The position numbers were made by a program, and so were the translations under genes. Positions 8,008-17,781 of a stretch of DNA of 64,000 nt are shown here, in pieces. Within the stretch, counting starts at the first letter, position 1. Each line of letters begins with the position of its first letter. The notes under the pieces were generated by a model. The model ran no database searches, was not told the origin of the DNA, and was given only the letters and a program-made list of their open reading frames with translations. The stretch is from Candidatus Latescibacterota bacterium (GTDB taxonomy: Bacteria; Latescibacterota; UBA2968): assembly GCA_038279365.1 (NCBI GenBank), contig JAYODI010000001.1, forward strand, positions 118,127 through 182,126, read 5' to 3'.

Positions 8008-11000
8008 ATGTTTATGAAATATGATGTGAATACTGATTTGTCAAATACCTCGCCAATCTACCATCCGCTCACATCCGGGCAAAGAGATGTGTGGTTAGAT
8101 CAAATGGTGTACCCAGATGTGCCGTTTTATAACATTGGAGGGTATCTCAGAATTGATGGGCATATTGATCCCGTTGTGTTTGAACAGGCGCTGCGTCGGG
8201 TTGTGCAGAGTAATGATGCTTTAAGAATTGTATTACACAAAGGGAACCCACTGCCCGTTCAAGAATTTAGAAATGATGGTGTTTTTGATATTCCTTTTAT
8301 AGATTTTTCTGAACAAAAAGATCCCATGCAGAAGGCCGAAGCTTGGATGCAAGCGCAATTTGTACGGCCATTTGAACTGTATGGGCATTTTCTTTTTCGT
8401 TATGCTATTATCAAGGTATCAGACCAATGTTATTGTTATTTTAACAATCAACACCATTTGGTTGCCGATGGTTTGTCTATTCTTATCCTTACAGAACAAC
8501 TTTCAAAAGAATATAATGCCCTGATGATGGACCAATTGAGCAACGAAGTTCCCCCATCTTATCATGCGTTTATCTTAGAAGAACAAAAGTTTTTCCAGTC
8601 TAAACGATGTGAACAATCCAAGGCATTCTGGCAAAAAATTTATCAAGACCTGCCAGAACCACTTGTTTCTTACCCTAAGCGTGATACCGAAAATGATGTG
8701 CCGTTTCGAGGTGGTTTGTCTGCGCTGAGAATCAAGCCCAGTGAATATGCCGTTTTAGAGGATTTTTGCAAGGCACAAGGTGTTACGCCCTATCATCTTT
8801 TGCTTGCCGCGCTTTATGTGTGTTTTTTGCACAATGGCATTCAGAAGGACTTTGTATATGGGGCGCCTGTGTTGAATCGTTCTCATGCAAAGGCAAAAAA
8901 AACGATTGGGCTTTTTACCAGTGTGAGCCCTGTTCGTTTTTGTTTTGGGTTGGATATCAATACGCTTGATCTTTTGGGTTTGATCAGCGAGGAGTTAAAG
9001 CGTGTCTATCGTTATCAGCGTTTGCCATTGGGAGAAATTAATAAGCTTTGTGGGATATCTCAGGCGTTTGGTCGTTCGTTGTTTGATATTGGTGTGTCGT
9101 ATGAAAAAAACGATTATGGTATGACATTTCAAGGTGCCCGTGCACAGGCTATTACCTATTCAAATGGATTTGAAAGACAGGCACTCTCTATTGCGCTTAA
9201 AGAATATCGCAAGGGCGATGATATCGAGTTGGATTTTTCCTTCAATCTGCAGGTTTTTGATGCCAAAGAGATCGACTATTTGAAACACCGTGTTCTTTTT
9301 GTTATGGAGGAGATGGTTCGCAACTCACATACAAATTTGAACAGGTTAGATATTTTACCCGCGTCAGAGAAGACGGATGTTTTGAGAGGTTGGAACGAGA
9401 CCCAAAAAGAAATACCCAAGAAGTTGGCGCACCATTTTTTTGAAGATTGTGCAAAGACTATGCCTGAGCAATTGGCCGCTGTTTGTGGCCAACAGCAAAT
9501 GACGTATCGGGTTTTGAATGAACAGGCCAATCAATTGGCGCATTATCTCACTGCTTGTGGCATTGGAAAACAAGATTTTGTTGGCATTTGTATCGATCGT
9601 TCATTTCATATGTTGGTTGCCATTTTGGGGGTGTTAAAAGCGGGCGCGGCCTATATTCCGCTGGATCCTAATTATCCAAATGCACGTCTTGCTTTTATGA
9701 TTGGTGATGCCAAGGTCAAGTTGATTTTGACCCAAGAGGATCTGCTGTCTGTGTTGCCTCAAGATGGGGGCGATGTTTTTTGTCTGGATCGAGATAGGGC
9801 CCATTGGCAGGTGCAAAGTGCCAAACCGGTTGTTTTACAAACTGCCGATACAGATGATTTGGCTTATGTGATTTATACCTCTGGGTCAACGGGGCAACCC
9901 AAGGGGGTGATGATTGGCCATCAAAGTTTGGTGAATCTCATTGTTGCTCAAACTCGTTTGTTTGATATTCAAGCGCAAAGTCGCGTATTGCAGTTTGCTT
10001 CGTTTAGTTTTGATGCCTCTGTGTCCGAAATTTTTACAACATTGTCATCGGGCGCAACGCTTGTGTTGGCCTCCAAAGACGAGATAATGCCAGGCCCCAA
10101 TTTGGTGCAAACATTAAACGCGTTTGAAGTTACCCATGTCACTCTGCCTCCATCTTCATTGGGGGTGCTTCCCTATACCGATCTGCCTGCTCTGGAAACG
10201 TTGGTGGTTGCGGGTGAAGCGTGTGCCGAAGATTTGGCAAAGAAGTGGGGCCCAGGACGGCGCTTTATGAATGCCTATGGCCCAACTGAGGCCACCGTAT
10301 GTGCATCAACTTGGGTGTTTGAAAAGGAGATGGGCAAACCTTTGATTGGGCGTCCTATCGACAATGTTCAACTTTATGTTTTAAATGATGATTTGCGTCC
10401 GGTTTCTGTTGGTCAAGCTGGTGAGTTGCATATTGCGGGTATGGGAGTGGCAAAAGGATATTTGAATCGACCAGAATTAGAGTGTGAAAAATTCATTCCC
10501 AATCCTTTTGATAAGCGTGATGGTTCTCGTCTTTATAAAACGGGAGACTTGGTTCGCTGGTTGGCAGATGGTAATCTCGATTTTTTAGGACGCAAAGACT
10601 TTCAAGTGAAAATTCGAGGCTTTCGCGTGGAGCTTGAAGAAATCGAATCAACGCTTAGACAACATGCATCTGTGCAAGATGCGGTTGTGATTGTGACCGA
10701 ATGGGGCCCACAGATACAAAACTTGGTGGCTTATTTTATTCCATCAGGAAAGGTGTTGCAAGACGACACGTCGATTTTGAAATCCTTTTTGCAATCAAAA
10801 CTGCCCAATTATATGGTTCCTCATTTTATGCTTCCCATCGATCAGTTTCCATTAACACCCAGTGGAAAAATAGATCGCAATGGGTTTCCCAAACCGACGG
10901 GTGCCTTTTCAAAAGATGCTGAAAACAATCAACCTGTTACAGATGCCGAACAAAAATTGCTGTCCATTTGGAATGGTGTTATGCCGGGGGTTCAGATTGG

Positions 11001-11907
11001 GATTCATGCCCCTTTTTTTGATGTGGGACTCGATTCTTTAAAAACCATACAGTTTATTTATCATGTAGAGGCCGAGTTTGACGTGAAGCTCCATCCCAGT
11101 GTTTTGTTTCAGCAGAATACGGTTTCGGCGTTGGGGCAATTTCTTTCCGAAAAAAAAGATGGTTTTAAACCCTCTCAAAGTCTCGTTCACATTCAAATAA
11201 AAGAAAAAAAGGTGCCTTTTTTTTGTGTGACGGGTGGATATGGTGATGTTTTGGTTTTCAAAGACCTGGCTCAGTTTATGCCACGTTCATTTTATGCCTT
11301 ACAACCGCCGAGTTGGACAAACGACAATGCGCTCTCCTTTGCGGATCTTGCAAGATACTATGTTCGCGATATTCAATCGGTTCAAAAAAAGGGGCCTTAT
11401 CTATTGGGTGGATACAGTTTGGGAGGAATTATTGCCTTGGAGATGGCGCGAGAATTCAAAGAGATGGGTGAACAGGTTGATGCGCTGGTTGTGTTTGGTG
11501 CCCCGCTGACCCATGGGGTTTTGGGGCATTGGATATATAAGCGTTTGATGGGGACAGTAAAGAAATTTGTTCCAGAATCAGAGCAAAGCGAGTCGGAGGT
11601 TGTGCGTATTCTTAAAGGGTTGTTTCGCGATGAAGGTTTGCAACGACATATGAATAGTTTGACTGGGTATGTTGCCAGCCCGTATTCGGGTAAGATTACC
11701 ATTTTTGAAGGCAAGCAGGCATCGTCTCGATTTTATCCGTGGAAGAAGAAGTGGCAACAGTTGGCATACGGCGGGCTAGAGATTGTTATGTTGCCAGGCA
11801 ATCACCACAGTTTTATTCGATCACCCAACAATGCGGCGTTTGCCCAGCATTTGGAATGTTGTTTAGAAGGCGTTATGGCCAATTCTGTGGGTGAGGTGGG
11901 TAGATGA
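8008..11907 (+). CDS. Monomodular NRPS (C-A-T-TE)
   Basis: C: HHLVADG; A: YVIYTSGSTGQPKG, FDASV, NAYGPTE, YKTGD, QVKIRGFRVEL, SGKIDR; T: FFDVGLDSL; TE: GYSLGG and PGNHH. Exact start (8008/8014) uncertain. Confidence 0.95.
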   Translation: MFMKYDVNTDLSNTSPIYHPLTSGQRDVWLDQMVYPDVPFYNIGGYLRIDGHIDPVVFEQALRRVVQSNDALRIVLHKGNPLPVQEFRNDGVFDIPFIDFSEQKDPMQKAEAWMQAQFVRPFELYGHFLFRYAIIKVSDQCYCYFNNQHHLVADGLSILILTEQLSKEYNALMMDQLSNEVPPSYHAFILEEQKFFQSKRCEQSKAFWQKIYQDLPEPLVSYPKRDTENDVPFRGGLSALRIKPSEYAVLEDFCKAQGVTPYHLLLAALYVCFLHNGIQKDFVYGAPVLNRSHAKAKKTIGLFTSVSPVRFCFGLDINTLDLLGLISEELKRVYRYQRLPLGEINKLCGISQAFGRSLFDIGVSYEKNDYGMTFQGARAQAITYSNGFERQALSIALKEYRKGDDIELDFSFNLQVFDAKEIDYLKHRVLFVMEEMVRNSHTNLNRLDILPASEKTDVLRGWNETQKEIPKKLAHHFFEDCAKTMPEQLAAVCGQQQMTYRVLNEQANQLAHYLTACGIGKQDFVGICIDRSFHMLVAILGVLKAGAAYIPLDPNYPNARLAFMIGDAKVKLILTQEDLLSVLPQDGGDVFCLDRDRAHWQVQSAKPVVLQTADTDDLAYVIYTSGSTGQPKGVMIGHQSLVNLIVAQTRLFDIQAQSRVLQFASFSFDASVSEIFTTLSSGATLVLASKDEIMPGPNLVQTLNAFEVTHVTLPPSSLGVLPYTDLPALETLVVAGEACAEDLAKKWGPGRRFMNAYGPTEATVCASTWVFEKEMGKPLIGRPIDNVQLYVLNDDLRPVSVGQAGELHIAGMGVAKGYLNRPELECEKFIPNPFDKRDGSRLYKTGDLVRWLADGNLDFLGRKDFQVKIRGFRVELEEIESTLRQHASVQDAVVIVTEWGPQIQNLVAYFIPSGKVLQDDTSILKSFLQSKLPNYMVPHFMLPIDQFPLTPSGKIDRNGFPKPTGAFSKDAENNQPVTDAEQKLLSIWNGVMPGVQIGIHAPFFDVGLDSLKTIQFIYHVEAEFDVKLHPSVLFQQNTVSALGQFLSEKKDGFKPSQSLVHIQIKEKKVPFFCVTGGYGDVLVFKDLAQFMPRSFYALQPPSWTNDNALSFADLARYYVRDIQSVQKKGPYLLGGYSLGGIIALEMAREFKEMGEQVDALVVFGAPLTHGVLGHWIYKRLMGTVKKFVPESEQSESEVVRILKGLFRDEGLQRHMNSLTGYVASPYSGKITIFEGKQASSRFYPWKKKWQQLAYGGLEIVMLPGNHHSFIRSPNNAAFAQHLECCLEGVMANSVGEVGR

Positions 11908-13175
11908 AGATTACGATTGTCACACTCGGAACCCGTGGTGATGTGCAACCGTGTATTGCGATGGGGTTGGGGTTGCGGGCTGCAGGTCATGAGGTGAAGA
12001 TCGCTGCTCCTGCAGAATACGGCCACCTGGCTCGTAACAAAGGGTTGGACTATTTTCCGCTTCAAAATGCGTTTAGACATATTTTTGAAACCGAATCAGA
12101 ATGCAGTCGGTTGAAGGAAGAGATCAATCCGTTACGCCTGATTTTTCGCCAAAGAAGTGTGGTAGAACCTGTTGTTAATCAAATTTTTTCAGATTTATGG
12201 ACTGCCTGCCAAGATACCGATCTCATCCTTTATACAATATTGGCTTTGCCGGCTTATTATTATGCTCAAGATTTGGGTATTCCTGCTTTTATGGTATGCT
12301 TGCAACCGCTTTGTCGCACGCGGGCATTTCCGAGTGTTTTGTTTTCGCCAAAAATTTCAAATATTGCCTGGGTCAACCGTGCAAGTTACATATTGGTCGA
12401 GCAAGCGATGTGGCGATTTTTGCGGCCCTATTTTGTGTGTTGGCGAAAGAAAATGGGATTGTCGGCCGTTTCTTTTTGGGGGCACTTTAATCAGTTTGAT
12501 GGCCATAAAACACCTATTTTTAATGGGTATAGCTCTTCGGTTGTTCCTAAACCCAAAGATTGGGGCGATCGAAACTATGTGACGGGATATTGGTTTTTAG
12601 ACAGCACTCCTCCCAATTGGCAACCCCCTCCAGATCTGGTTCGTTTTCTCAAGCAGGGTTCACGGCCCGTGTGTTTTGGTTTTGGGAGCATGAACGACAG
12701 CCGTGTTGCAAACATGGTAAAAATGGCGATTGGTGCTTTAGAAAAAAGTGGTCAACGGGGAATCTTATTAACGGGGAAAAGTGATCTCAAAAAAGATGAG
12801 TTACCGCTGTCTGATCATGTTTTTGTGGCCGAAGAAATACCTCATGCCTGGTTGTTTCAGCACGCGGCCGCCGTGATTCACCACGGTGGTGCGGGAACGA
12901 CCGCCACAGCCATTCGAGCAGGAATTCCGTCTATTATTATTCCTTTCTTTTTTGATCAGCTTTTTTGGGGGCGGCAGCTTGCCACTTTGGGTGTGGGGCC
13001 CGAGCCTGTGATCAAGAGGCGGCTATCGGTTGATGGATTGGCATTGTCATTAAAAGATGCGTTGGATAACAAGACGTATCAAAATCGGCTTCAAGCGTTA
13101 AGCAAGCAGATCAATGATGAAAATGGAGTTGGATGTGTTGTTGATACTTTTCATCGCGAGTTGGCCAGACTTTAA
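11904..13175 (+). CDS. GT1/GT28-type glycosyltransferase (sterol glucosyltransferase-like)
   Basis: GTRGDVQP N-terminal motif; FGSM, PHAWLF, HHGGAGTT, PFFFDQLFWG; ATGA overlap with the NRPS stop. Confidence 0.92.
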   Translation: MKITIVTLGTRGDVQPCIAMGLGLRAAGHEVKIAAPAEYGHLARNKGLDYFPLQNAFRHIFETESECSRLKEEINPLRLIFRQRSVVEPVVNQIFSDLWTACQDTDLILYTILALPAYYYAQDLGIPAFMVCLQPLCRTRAFPSVLFSPKISNIAWVNRASYILVEQAMWRFLRPYFVCWRKKMGLSAVSFWGHFNQFDGHKTPIFNGYSSSVVPKPKDWGDRNYVTGYWFLDSTPPNWQPPPDLVRFLKQGSRPVCFGFGSMNDSRVANMVKMAIGALEKSGQRGILLTGKSDLKKDELPLSDHVFVAEEIPHAWLFQHAAAVIHHGGAGTTATAIRAGIPSIIIPFFFDQLFWGRQLATLGVGPEPVIKRRLSVDGLALSLKDALDNKTYQNRLQALSKQINDENGVGCVVDTFHRELARL

Positions 13176-13197
13176 AACGGATCGTGTGGATTTATAG

Positions 13198-15519
13198 ATG
13201 CCTACGCATAACCATTTTAACCCATCATCAGAGAATGACATTTTACGTGTTTTTCAATCTGCACCTCTTTTTCAAGGTTTGGGTCAAGGTATTTTGGAGC
13301 TGTTGGCCGCAGAGGCAGATTGGGTGGGGCTTGAGAGTGGCGATTTCCTTTTTAAAAAAGGAGATCCATCCGATGCGATGTATTTGGCAGTAACGGCGGG
13401 ATTGGCTGTTTGGATTGAGCAAGAAGTCGTGGTTGGTTCAGCGGATACCAAAGAGGCTGGTGAAGAATCTGTTATTACCATGACCGAAGCGGATGGGACA
13501 ACGTTGGTTGCCAAGGAAATTGATCAGGGAGAAACCATCGGTGAAATGCAATTTTTGACCAGTGGCAAACGCACGGCAAATGTGAGTGCGTTACAAGATA
13601 CAAACGTGGTTCGGGTTCGTTATGATGCGCTTGAGTTTTTGGGCGATCAAAAAATGGTTTTTTTAGAACATTTGAGTCGCATTGTTCGCAAGCGTTTACA
13701 ATTTAACCAGTTGGCCACCATTCTTCCTAAATTATTTGGTGTTCTTACAGCCGACGAGCTTGAAGATATTGTCGAACGGGCCGATTGGTTTGAGGTCCAA
13801 AGAGGAGAAACGCTCTTTTCTCAAGGAGATGTAGGCGATAGTTTTTACATTTTGTTGAGTGGTCGATTGGGAATCGCTGTGGTGGGTGAGGGTGGCGAAC
13901 GCAAGTTGGTAAGTGAAGTGATGGCTGGTGAGATTTTGGGTGAAATGGCATTGTTAACCGAAGAAAGTCGTTCGGCAACGGTTTATGCGATTCGCAATTC
14001 CAATTTGTTTAGGCTTTCAAAAAGTGAATTTGATCGTTTACTGGAAAAATATCCTAAGTTTTTATCGCAAATCAACCGTGTGCTGATTGAGCGCCTTCGC
14101 GTTTCAATTGGTTCAAAGCGCAAAACCGAACCCACCTCTGTAATTGCCATTGTGCCTACAAGTCCCAATACGGCAACGGAAGATTTTGCACGTCACTTGT
14201 CTCAAGCCTTATTGGCAAGTTATGCCACATTGAGTGTCAACAGCAAACAAGTAGATGCCTTGCTCAATGCGCCGAACATTTCACAGGTGTCAGAAACCGA
14301 CCCCAATGCCATCAGAATTGCAACGTGGTTTAGTGCCCAAGAATTGGCTTATCCGTTCATCCTACTTGTGGCCGACTCTCAGTTGACGCACTGGACGCGG
14401 TGGTGCGTGCGTCATGCCGACCATGTTTTGATTTTGGGAGAAGACGATGCTTCGGCAAATTTGGGCGAAATAGAAGATGGGCTATTATTTCATGATAAAA
14501 CGTTTACGCCAGATTTCTTTTCATTGGTGCTTGTACATTCAGATCCTGAAACCAAGCCTGTCAGTACCCAGAAGTGGCTCAAAGAAAGAACGGTTGCCAT
14601 GGTGCATCATGTTCGTAGACATGCACCTCAAGATTTTCAACGGTTGGCACGCTATTTAACGGGGCAATCTGTGGGGTTGGTTTTAAGTGGTGGGGGCGCG
14701 CGAGGGTTTGCCCATCTTGGTGCCATTCGCGCATTACAAGAAAATGGTGTTCCAATTGATATGATTGCAGGAACCAGTTTTGGTTCGATTGTGTCTGGGC
14801 TTTTTGCAATGGGGTGGAGCTTAGAAAAAATAACCCATGAGTTTCGTTTTGATCGGTCTGACTTATTGAAAGATATCACGCTTCCAATGGCCTCTCTTTT
14901 TTCTGGCAAAAAGATGGCCAAGGCGTTTAGAGGTTTTTTTGGCGATACGCGTATTGAGGATCTCTGGATTCCTTTTTTTTGTGTTTCAAGCAATCTCACA
15001 CGCGCCGAAATAAAGGTGCATCAGTCGGGCGCGATGTGGCAAAGCATTCAGGCCAGTAATGCGGCACCGGGTATTTTTCCGCCAGTGGTGTTGAATGGCG
15101 ACTTGCATGTCGATGGGGCATTGTTGAGCAATTTGCCCGCAGATATAATGAGCCAATATTGCAAAGGCACGGTGATTTCGGTCGATGTGAGTCCTGCTGT
15201 TGATTTGGCAGAGAATGCAGATTATGGAGATGGGCTGTCTGGGTGGGATATATTATGGCGCAAGTTAAATCCATTTTCTTCGCCAATTTCTGTACCAAGT
15301 TTGCTTTCTATTTTACATCGCTCTGGCGAACTGGCCAGTGTGGCCAATCAAAAAGAAATTGCAGAACGTGTTTCAGATTTGTATCTGCGCATGCCTGTTG
15401 AAAAATATAATTTGCAAGAGTATGATTTGTCCCAAGAAATTGCCGAAACCGGCTATCACTATGCTCAGATAAAAATTGCAGAGTGGTTACGTGACTCACC
15501 GCCATCATGGCTCAAGTGA
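13198..15519 (+). CDS. Two cNMP-binding domains + patatin-like phospholipase (NTE/RssA-like)
   Basis: Two CAP-type domains (GEMQFL...RTANV; GEMALL...RSATV); patatin GGGARG, GTSFG nucleophile, DGA. Confidence 0.9.
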   Translation: MPTHNHFNPSSENDILRVFQSAPLFQGLGQGILELLAAEADWVGLESGDFLFKKGDPSDAMYLAVTAGLAVWIEQEVVVGSADTKEAGEESVITMTEADGTTLVAKEIDQGETIGEMQFLTSGKRTANVSALQDTNVVRVRYDALEFLGDQKMVFLEHLSRIVRKRLQFNQLATILPKLFGVLTADELEDIVERADWFEVQRGETLFSQGDVGDSFYILLSGRLGIAVVGEGGERKLVSEVMAGEILGEMALLTEESRSATVYAIRNSNLFRLSKSEFDRLLEKYPKFLSQINRVLIERLRVSIGSKRKTEPTSVIAIVPTSPNTATEDFARHLSQALLASYATLSVNSKQVDALLNAPNISQVSETDPNAIRIATWFSAQELAYPFILLVADSQLTHWTRWCVRHADHVLILGEDDASANLGEIEDGLLFHDKTFTPDFFSLVLVHSDPETKPVSTQKWLKERTVAMVHHVRRHAPQDFQRLARYLTGQSVGLVLSGGGARGFAHLGAIRALQENGVPIDMIAGTSFGSIVSGLFAMGWSLEKITHEFRFDRSDLLKDITLPMASLFSGKKMAKAFRGFFGDTRIEDLWIPFFCVSSNLTRAEIKVHQSGAMWQSIQASNAAPGIFPPVVLNGDLHVDGALLSNLPADIMSQYCKGTVISVDVSPAVDLAENADYGDGLSGWDILWRKLNPFSSPISVPSLLSILHRSGELASVANQKEIAERVSDLYLRMPVEKYNLQEYDLSQEIAETGYHYAQIKIAEWLRDSPPSWLK

Positions 15520-15525
15520 AAAAAT

Positions 15526-16518
15526 ATGTGGTTCGGTTTAATTGTTTTGCTCGTTTTCGCAGTATGGGCCTTTACGGGTTATGATTTTGCCTTGGTGGTG
15601 TCTTCATTGGCTTCAGCAGATTGGCGATGGATATGTGTGGGGGTGGGGCTCAATGTTTTGTTGTTGTATTTGCGTGTGTATAAGTGGCGCTTTTTTAATT
15701 CGGCATTTAGGGATTTTTCATATTTCAATATGTCATTGGCGGCATTTGCTGCTTATACTTGCAATATGGTTGTGCCTGCCAAAGTGGGTGCATTTGTTCA
15801 AGCGTGGCTTTTGAGTCAAAAAGAACCGATTCCAGCGAGTACTGTTTTGAGCACGTTGGTGTTGGTGCGTGTTATGGATGGGGTTTCTCTTACTTTTGTT
15901 GGGTTGTTGGTTTTTAATTTTGTCGAGGTATCATCTGAGCAAAGTTCAATATGGGATGCTTATAAAACGGCAGGTGTTTTATTGGCGTCCTTTTTGTTTT
16001 TTGTGATTGTTTTTTTATTTTGGTTGGGGCGTTATCCAAGTGCCCGTATTGTTTTTGAGCGGTTTGTCAGGTTCTTTTTGCCAACGCGTTTTAAAGCCTC
16101 TTGTGGCAAGGTGGTGAATTCGCTTTGGGAGGGCTTTGCTGTTTTGAACCACGGTGGGAGCTTAGGTATTATTGCGTTTTTGAGTTTTGTTTTTTGGGGG
16201 GTGGCAGCAACGATGGTTTTTGTGTATCTTAAGGCTTTTTATGTTATAGATGTTCCGATGTATCTCCCTTTGTGTATTATTTTGGCACAAGCAGTCGGAT
16301 TTATGATTCCCTCTCCTGGGTATGTGGGGCCTTTTCATGCCGCCACGGTTACTGCGTTGTCTTTTTTTGATATTTCTGGCGAGTTGGCGTTGTCCATCGC
16401 CATTATGATGCACGCGGCTTTGTTTGTGACCAATTCTTTGCTGGGTATTATTTATCTGTGGATCGAAAATTTGAATGTTGTTGCTGTCATTAAAAAGGCA
16501 AAAGATGGATTTGGTTAA
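15526..16518 (+). CDS. Lysylphosphatidylglycerol synthase TM-region / flippase-like membrane protein (UPF0104)
   Basis: Multi-TM; R..KW, NMVVPAKVG, RVMDG, PSPGYVGPFH motifs typical of the family. Confidence 0.8.
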   Translation: MWFGLIVLLVFAVWAFTGYDFALVVSSLASADWRWICVGVGLNVLLLYLRVYKWRFFNSAFRDFSYFNMSLAAFAAYTCNMVVPAKVGAFVQAWLLSQKEPIPASTVLSTLVLVRVMDGVSLTFVGLLVFNFVEVSSEQSSIWDAYKTAGVLLASFLFFVIVFLFWLGRYPSARIVFERFVRFFLPTRFKASCGKVVNSLWEGFAVLNHGGSLGIIAFLSFVFWGVAATMVFVYLKAFYVIDVPMYLPLCIILAQAVGFMIPSPGYVGPFHAATVTALSFFDISGELALSIAIMMHAALFVTNSLLGIIYLWIENLNVVAVIKKAKDGFG

Positions 16519-16649
16519 GATCAATGCAAAATTGAAAAAGTGACACTTGGCGTGTGTTGAATGATACGGGTGCGGTATTGGAGCAGGTGATCGAAATGTG
16601 AGTGGGATGATACTTTCTCGTATTGGAGTTGATGTGTATTGTAAAAGAG

Positions 16650-16682
16650 GCCGTTGGATCTTTTGATCCAACGGCTTTTTTT
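16650..16682. terminator. Terminator between convergent genes; copy 2 of the 31-bp direct repeat
   Basis: gccgttggatcttttgatccaacggcttttt identical to 5120-5150. Confidence 0.8.
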
Positions 16683-16721
16683 ACATCGTGGATGTTTTTG
16701 GCCTCATAGGGCTGGGTTGTG

Positions 16722-17768
16722 TTATTTAGGATCTGGAATGACTACGCCGAGTTCATTGGCTGCTTCACAAATGGCATCCCAAGTGTTGTCTTCAATGAAG
16801 ATGCCTTCGGCTTCGCGTTGGGTTTGGCGTTCTTGTTCAATTTCTCCGGGCAGATAAACTTTGCCGTGGTCGGGGTGAACGGGTGATGATTTGACCCAAT
16901 CGATCAGTTTTTGGATTTCGGCCTTGTATTCGTCTATGTCGATAAAGCTGTTGATGTTGATGGCTATGGCAACAAACCCACTGCCGCCACGGGTGGGTTT
17001 TTCACTGCTACACCCAGCCCAAGAAAGGCCACCGGCAATGGCTTCAATCATCATGCCCAAGCCATATCCTTTGTGTCCCATTGTGCCACCCAAGGGCAAC
17101 ATGGCCGCCAAGCCATCTTTAAAGAGATTGGGGTCTGTGACTGTGTTGCCGTCTTTGTCTACGAGCCAGCCTTCAGGCACATCTTGTTCACGCGCTTTAT
17201 ACACATCCACTTTGCCACCTGCGGCCATGCTGGTGGTGATGTCAAGCATAAGGGGGGGGCCACTTTGTGTGGGCGCACTAAATGCAATGGGGTTAGGTGG
17301 TAAGCGACGGCCTGTGCCACCAAAGGGTGCCGTAAAGCGTGCGCCACCATTGAGCATGAGCAAACCAATACAGTCGCGTTTTGCAGCTATGGGCGGAAAA
17401 TCACCCAAGCGACCTATGTGACTGCATTGGTGTACGGCCACGGCACCAAAGGTGTGGGTGAGCGCCCGGTCTGTGGCCATTTCCATGGCGCGTCGGGCAA
17501 GCACGATGCCCAAGCATCCTTCGCCATCAATGACCACTGAGGCGGGGGTCTCGCGCACAATTTTGAGTTTGCCCACGGGTTTCATACCACCGGCTTTGAT
17601 GCTTTTTAAATAGGAGGGGGTGCGAATAACGCCGTGTGAATCGTGGCCCATGAGATTGGCTTCTACAAGATGGTCGGCCATAATTTTTGCCTGATCTTGA
17701 GGCAGATCAACCGATTGAAACAGGTCGGTGACGAGTTTGCGAAGGGGCATATGGTCTATATGTGGCAT
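16722..17768 (-). CDS. Ldh_2 family (type-2 malate/L-lactate, YbiC-like) oxidoreductase
   Basis: ANLMGHDSHG, SHIGRLG, APFGG..NPIA, LDITTS, GHKGYGL, LPGE. Confidence 0.9.
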   Translation of the reverse strand: MPHIDHMPLRKLVTDLFQSVDLPQDQAKIMADHLVEANLMGHDSHGVIRTPSYLKSIKAGGMKPVGKLKIVRETPASVVIDGEGCLGIVLARRAMEMATDRALTHTFGAVAVHQCSHIGRLGDFPPIAAKRDCIGLLMLNGGARFTAPFGGTGRRLPPNPIAFSAPTQSGPPLMLDITTSMAAGGKVDVYKAREQDVPEGWLVDKDGNTVTDPNLFKDGLAAMLPLGGTMGHKGYGLGMMIEAIAGGLSWAGCSSEKPTRGGSGFVAIAININSFIDIDEYKAEIQKLIDWVKSSPVHPDHGKVYLPGEIEQERQTQREAEGIFIEDNTWDAICEAANELGVVIPDPK

Positions 17769-17781
17769 GTGTTTTCCTTTT

